This document shows, piece by piece, positions 60,621-64,000 of a stretch of 64,000 bases of DNA. The stretch lies in assembly GCA_963678785.1 (NCBI GenBank), contig OY787449.1:448704-512703 (forward strand), in the 5' to 3' direction. The notes below the pieces were generated by a model. That model was given only the letters and a program-made list of their open reading frames with translations, was not told the DNA's origin and ran no database searches. Position 1 is the first letter of the stretch, and every line of letters starts with the position of its first letter. The position numbers and the translations under genes are program-made. This DNA is from Bacteroidales bacterium (lineage in GTDB: Bacteria; Bacteroidota; Bacteroidia; Bacteroidales; GCA-2711565).

Positions 60621-61133
60621 ATGAAAAACGCCTTTCTTCTCCTTGGTTTTATAATAGTTTTTTCAAGTTGTTCATCTAACAAAAATCCTGAATCGGGTTC
60701 AGGCATTTATACTTTGGACAAAGAGGCGCCCATCCAATCAATTGACGAATTAATAAAACAAATGCCGGGCAAAGCCATTTATATCGACAGATGGGCAAGT
60801 TGGTGTAATCCTTGCATTGAAGAATTTAAACACAGTGAGGATTTACACGATTTTTTGAAGGATCATGAAATTGAGATGGTTTACCTAAATTCGGATACCG
60901 AACTTGAGGAAGAGAAATGGCTTGATTTCATCAACGAAAATCAACTGGAGGGCAAGCATTTAAGACTGAATAGTGTTTTAAAAGCAGATTTGATCGATAA
61001 GGGTATCTTCATCCCAATGATCCCTCAATATATGATTGTAGGAAAAGATGGTAAAATAATTAACAATAAAGCTCTAAGGCCAAGTAGTGGTAATGATCTC
61101 TATAGGCAGCTTCAAGAAGCCCTAGACTTGTAA
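60621..61133 (+). CDS. thioredoxin-fold (TlpA-like) lipoprotein
   Basis: 170 aa with a lipobox (FSSC) and the active site WASWCNPC. Confidence 0.75.
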   Translation: MKNAFLLLGFIIVFSSCSSNKNPESGSGIYTLDKEAPIQSIDELIKQMPGKAIYIDRWASWCNPCIEEFKHSEDLHDFLKDHEIEMVYLNSDTELEEEKWLDFINENQLEGKHLRLNSVLKADLIDKGIFIPMIPQYMIVGKDGKIINNKALRPSSGNDLYRQLQEALDL

Positions 61134-61296
61134 GGCAGATGAATAGATCCATGAGAATAGAAAGGCAGATCAACCCCTTGGCACTCCTCACCCGGAGGTG
61201 TCAACCCTGTTAAAGTCATCGTTTCAAATATAGATTTTAAAAAAGCTCATAGAATTGTTAAAGTTTTTGAATCTAAATTCTAGGAATAAACAAAAA

Positions 61297-61321
61297 AACC
61301 GCCCTCAAAAAAAGGACGGTT
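61297..61321. terminator. bidirectional stem-loop terminator
   Basis: AACCGCCC / GGACGGTT (7 of 8 bp) with an A-rich loop. On the minus strand it is followed by a T-run, just past the stop of the 677-aa gene. Confidence 0.5.
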
Positions 61322-61345
61322 CTTACTTTTATGATTAAATGATCA

Positions 61346-63379
61346 TTATTTAATTAAACGGGTAACTTTGAAGTCCTTAAAACTAACTTCAGTCCAATCG
61401 CCATTATCATTGACCTCCCAATTTAACTCATATGATTTAGAAATTCCATAAGTATAAATACCTTTTTTAGCATTCCATTTTGAACCTTTAATGCTTTTTA
61501 GAAATTGGTTTCCTGACTGATTTTTACCTTTTCCCCAGCCCCAAAAAGACCAAGCGATCTTAATTGTATTAGGAAAGTTATCTTTATCTGAATCAGTGCT
61601 TGTCATATTCACTTTTGCACCACAAGCATCCCAACTATCATACTGAACATGGTACAAGCCCGATAAAGAGTAATTTTTAAAAACATCAGAATTAGGTAGG
61701 AAAGTAACATCCACATCCCCATCTAAATACCAATATTCTAGTCCTTTGCGTTCGATAGGCATATCAGTAACAGCATTTTTGAATTTACCCAAAATATAAT
61801 ATCCTTTAGGCGTAACTCCCATGGCTTTGTTAAAGCGAAGTTCTCTTAGGGCAAATGTAGAATTTCCAAGATGTCGGGTATAAGATCGGTCCCTGATGAC
61901 ATTTCCAAAATTGAAAGTACTTTTATATTTTCCTTTTCCTTTGGGTGTGGTAATGGTAACCGACTCAATTTTACCTTTTTTCATTTTGTAGGTATACTCC
62001 ATCATTAACTCATCCTTTTTATAAACACTTCCACTCACACTTTTAGCTTTGGTTTCCAGCTGGAAGGAAGGAATGATTGGAATCGGGAATGGAAGTTTGG
62101 CAGTACCGGAAACCAGGTTATTTGCCATAAAAGCATACAGAATTTCACCGTAAGTCTGGTCCAGAATTGCAGGCCAGTTTGGATTTTTATTAACCCCTTT
62201 GGCATAAAACTCCATAAAAGGATAACAGGCATTGTAAGCCTCTAATCTGTTCAAGTCTTTATTTCCGATGAAAGTTCCTTTTTCCATCACACCCGAAAAG
62301 AATTTTTGCATTTTATCAAGGGTGGGGTTGTGCAGTTTTTTAAGAGCAGTAACATGCTCCTTCGCTTTTTCGGCATTTAATAACCAGGCATAACCCATGG
62401 CTAAATTGTGATGAACTGCCCATTGCTGATCAGCAGGAACACTGGTTTTTAAACCATTCCAATACGAAACCAGCTCTTTCATTTCCTTGATTTCGCTTTT
62501 GTTCAATAAGGCTTCTTTTTTACCTTCAATCAGCTTTTCATATTTTTTGGCATAATCTTTTGAATCTTTGATTTCCTTAAAAGAATATACGCCCAGGGTT
62601 TCTTCAATTTTTTTAATACCATACATACCGTAAACAACGCGTTGAGCTTGTTCTAAAGCACCATCACGGCAAACATCATCATAAGGATGTGCATTTTCGC
62701 CTTCTTCGGTAACCTTAACCTCAAACATTTTACCTCCGCCTTCGGGCCATTCATTGCTGTGTCCAACACCTGAGATGATACCAAAATTGCGATCGGTAAT
62801 GAGTTTATTGCTGGCATTAAACACTTTTACATGTGCAAATACTTTATAAGGAACAGTATAAACGCCTTTGCTACTTTTATGTGGACTCATAGGGCGGGCA
62901 TTCTGGTAGGGGCAATAGGTAACAACCACTTTTAGGGCTCCTTTACCATTACTAAAATGAGGAGGGAATAAATCCCAGGTATCGTGAGGTACCGCTTTTG
63001 GTTTCATGGCTTCAGTTACTGCCTTTTTCATGGCCTCGCCCAATTTCATCCGGGCAATGGCCTTTCCCGTTTTAGTCTTTCTCTCTGATTCAGGCTTTTT
63101 ACCTCCAATTTTATCGCCTAACTTACCAGCCAGTTTGCCAAGGTTTACACCAAGTCCTTTCTTTTGAGCTTCTCCACCACCAATGGCACCTCCATGGCTA
63201 AGCGCATCATCATACATTACAAAAATTTTGGCCGTTTTATAATTGCTACTAAAGGCCGGAAGCTGGAAATATTCTACTTGTTTCGCCTTCTCGTATTTCT
63301 GGGCAGAAACTTCATTCCCAAAGCCTGCCAATAAGCATAAACTTACAAAAACAAATAGGCTGTTTTTAAAATTCATCAT
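61346..63379 (-). CDS. large secreted hypothetical protein
   Basis: 677-aa uninterrupted ORF with a signal peptide (GNEVSAQ) and a Lys/Gly-rich low-complexity segment near residues 70-130. No domain I recognise. Confidence 0.6.
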   Translation of the reverse strand: MMNFKNSLFVFVSLCLLAGFGNEVSAQKYEKAKQVEYFQLPAFSSNYKTAKIFVMYDDALSHGGAIGGGEAQKKGLGVNLGKLAGKLGDKIGGKKPESERKTKTGKAIARMKLGEAMKKAVTEAMKPKAVPHDTWDLFPPHFSNGKGALKVVVTYCPYQNARPMSPHKSSKGVYTVPYKVFAHVKVFNASNKLITDRNFGIISGVGHSNEWPEGGGKMFEVKVTEEGENAHPYDDVCRDGALEQAQRVVYGMYGIKKIEETLGVYSFKEIKDSKDYAKKYEKLIEGKKEALLNKSEIKEMKELVSYWNGLKTSVPADQQWAVHHNLAMGYAWLLNAEKAKEHVTALKKLHNPTLDKMQKFFSGVMEKGTFIGNKDLNRLEAYNACYPFMEFYAKGVNKNPNWPAILDQTYGEILYAFMANNLVSGTAKLPFPIPIIPSFQLETKAKSVSGSVYKKDELMMEYTYKMKKGKIESVTITTPKGKGKYKSTFNFGNVIRDRSYTRHLGNSTFALRELRFNKAMGVTPKGYYILGKFKNAVTDMPIERKGLEYWYLDGDVDVTFLPNSDVFKNYSLSGLYHVQYDSWDACGAKVNMTSTDSDKDNFPNTIKIAWSFWGWGKGKNQSGNQFLKSIKGSKWNAKKGIYTYGISKSYELNWEVNDNGDWTEVSFKDFKVTRLIK

Positions 63380-63859
63380 GGTTTAATTTTAATTGATATT
63401 AATTATTAATATTGATTTGGATGATTGACTCAGTTTGATTTTAGTATCGATAGCAAATACAGCAATTATCGTAAAGACTTATTAGCTTTTGGTTAACAAA
63501 ACTTTTAATCAACTTAGATTTATTTAACATGTAAATATATCCAGAATCCACATTATTATTGGCTTTCAGTGGGTGTGTTTTATAAACATTGCGAGTGGAA
63601 TTAACTTACAACTCCCTGTTTTCTATAAGCATTCATTGTTAATAAAATAACAGTACCGAATCGGAAGATTGATCAAATAAAATTTTAATCATTGGATGGA
63701 AGCAACGGTATTTTCAACCAATTTTCCAGGAAAACTGGATTTATTTAAAACATTTCTTTTTTAGAAAATCTATCTAAAAAGAGTCGAAAATTAAATAATC
63801 AGGCTGATAAAACATTGTAAATTGCACCTATACAATTTCATATTTTTTAAAACAAAAAA

Positions 63860-64000
63860 ATGATTTATAAAATAGCGCATATAACTTACAATATAGATGA
63901 TCAAGAATCAAAGAATCAATCCATTTCAATATTGAATGATTTCTTTAAAAATGCGGAATACGAATTTCAAAATGAGTTCGATGGGATTATTTATGTTGCA
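63860..64000 (+). CDS. 5' end of an ORF running off the window
   Basis: ATG at 63860 is open for 47 codons to the window edge (MIYKIAHITYNIDDQ...). There is no other support. Confidence 0.25.
   Translation, partial: MIYKIAHITYNIDDQESKNQSISILNDFFKNAEYEFQNEFDGIIYVA

Noticed and set aside
63396-63412. A perfect 8-1-8 palindrome ATATTAAT-T-ATTAATAT lies upstream of the 677-aa gene, and a 15-bp AT-only palindrome lies at 44536..44571.
   Set aside because: Both consist purely of A and T in an AT-rich intergenic background, where such palindromes arise by chance. They are mentioned only as context.
1-64000. I scanned for CRISPR arrays, tRNA/rRNA genes, IS transposases, integrases and phage genes.
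   Set aside because: I saw no regularly spaced direct repeats, no tRNA-like T-arm/acceptor patterns in the intergenic regions, and no ORF with DDE, tyrosine- or serine-recombinase signatures. This was a by-eye scan, so small RNAs could have been missed.

Overview
AT-rich chromosomal window that looks Bacteroidota-like, judging by TAnnTTTG-type -7 boxes, many lipoprotein signal peptides, Fibrobacter-type paralogous-domain proteins and a TPR/beta-propeller OmpA protein. I can support about 55 protein genes. The housekeeping block contains ffh, folD, queE, trhO, L-serine dehydratase, glutaminase and an M18 aminopeptidase. An AraC-linked tripartite RND efflux operon sits next to a decayed MATE gene. 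A sigma-54 activator lies divergent from a tungsten-type aldehyde:ferredoxin oxidoreductase, MoaD-like and ThiF-like operon, with a readable -24/-12 promoter. There are also two sensor kinases, several thioredoxin-like proteins, peptidases (S8, S41) and a number of orphan secreted proteins. I found no rRNA, tRNA, CRISPR array, transposase or integrase by eye. The most interesting signal is non-coding: a family of co-oriented, structured repeats with integron attC-like architecture. Each has GTAAC, then a 16-nt arm, a variable centre, the inverted arm, then CGTT. These repeats sit next to classic cassette-type cargo: parDE, a GNAT, higB plus an HTH-ImmA fusion, and a small membrane acyltransferase-like gene. 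Two of them lie inside a ~2.7 kb islet that is bracketed by 135-bp imperfect direct repeats, which duplicate the trhO upstream region. Other items are an S8 peptidase gene split from its signal peptide by a frameshift in an A9/T9 tract, an in-frame TGA in a four-helix-bundle gene, and a likely truncated acyloxyacyl hydrolase. All functional calls rest on motif recognition by eye; no searches were run.
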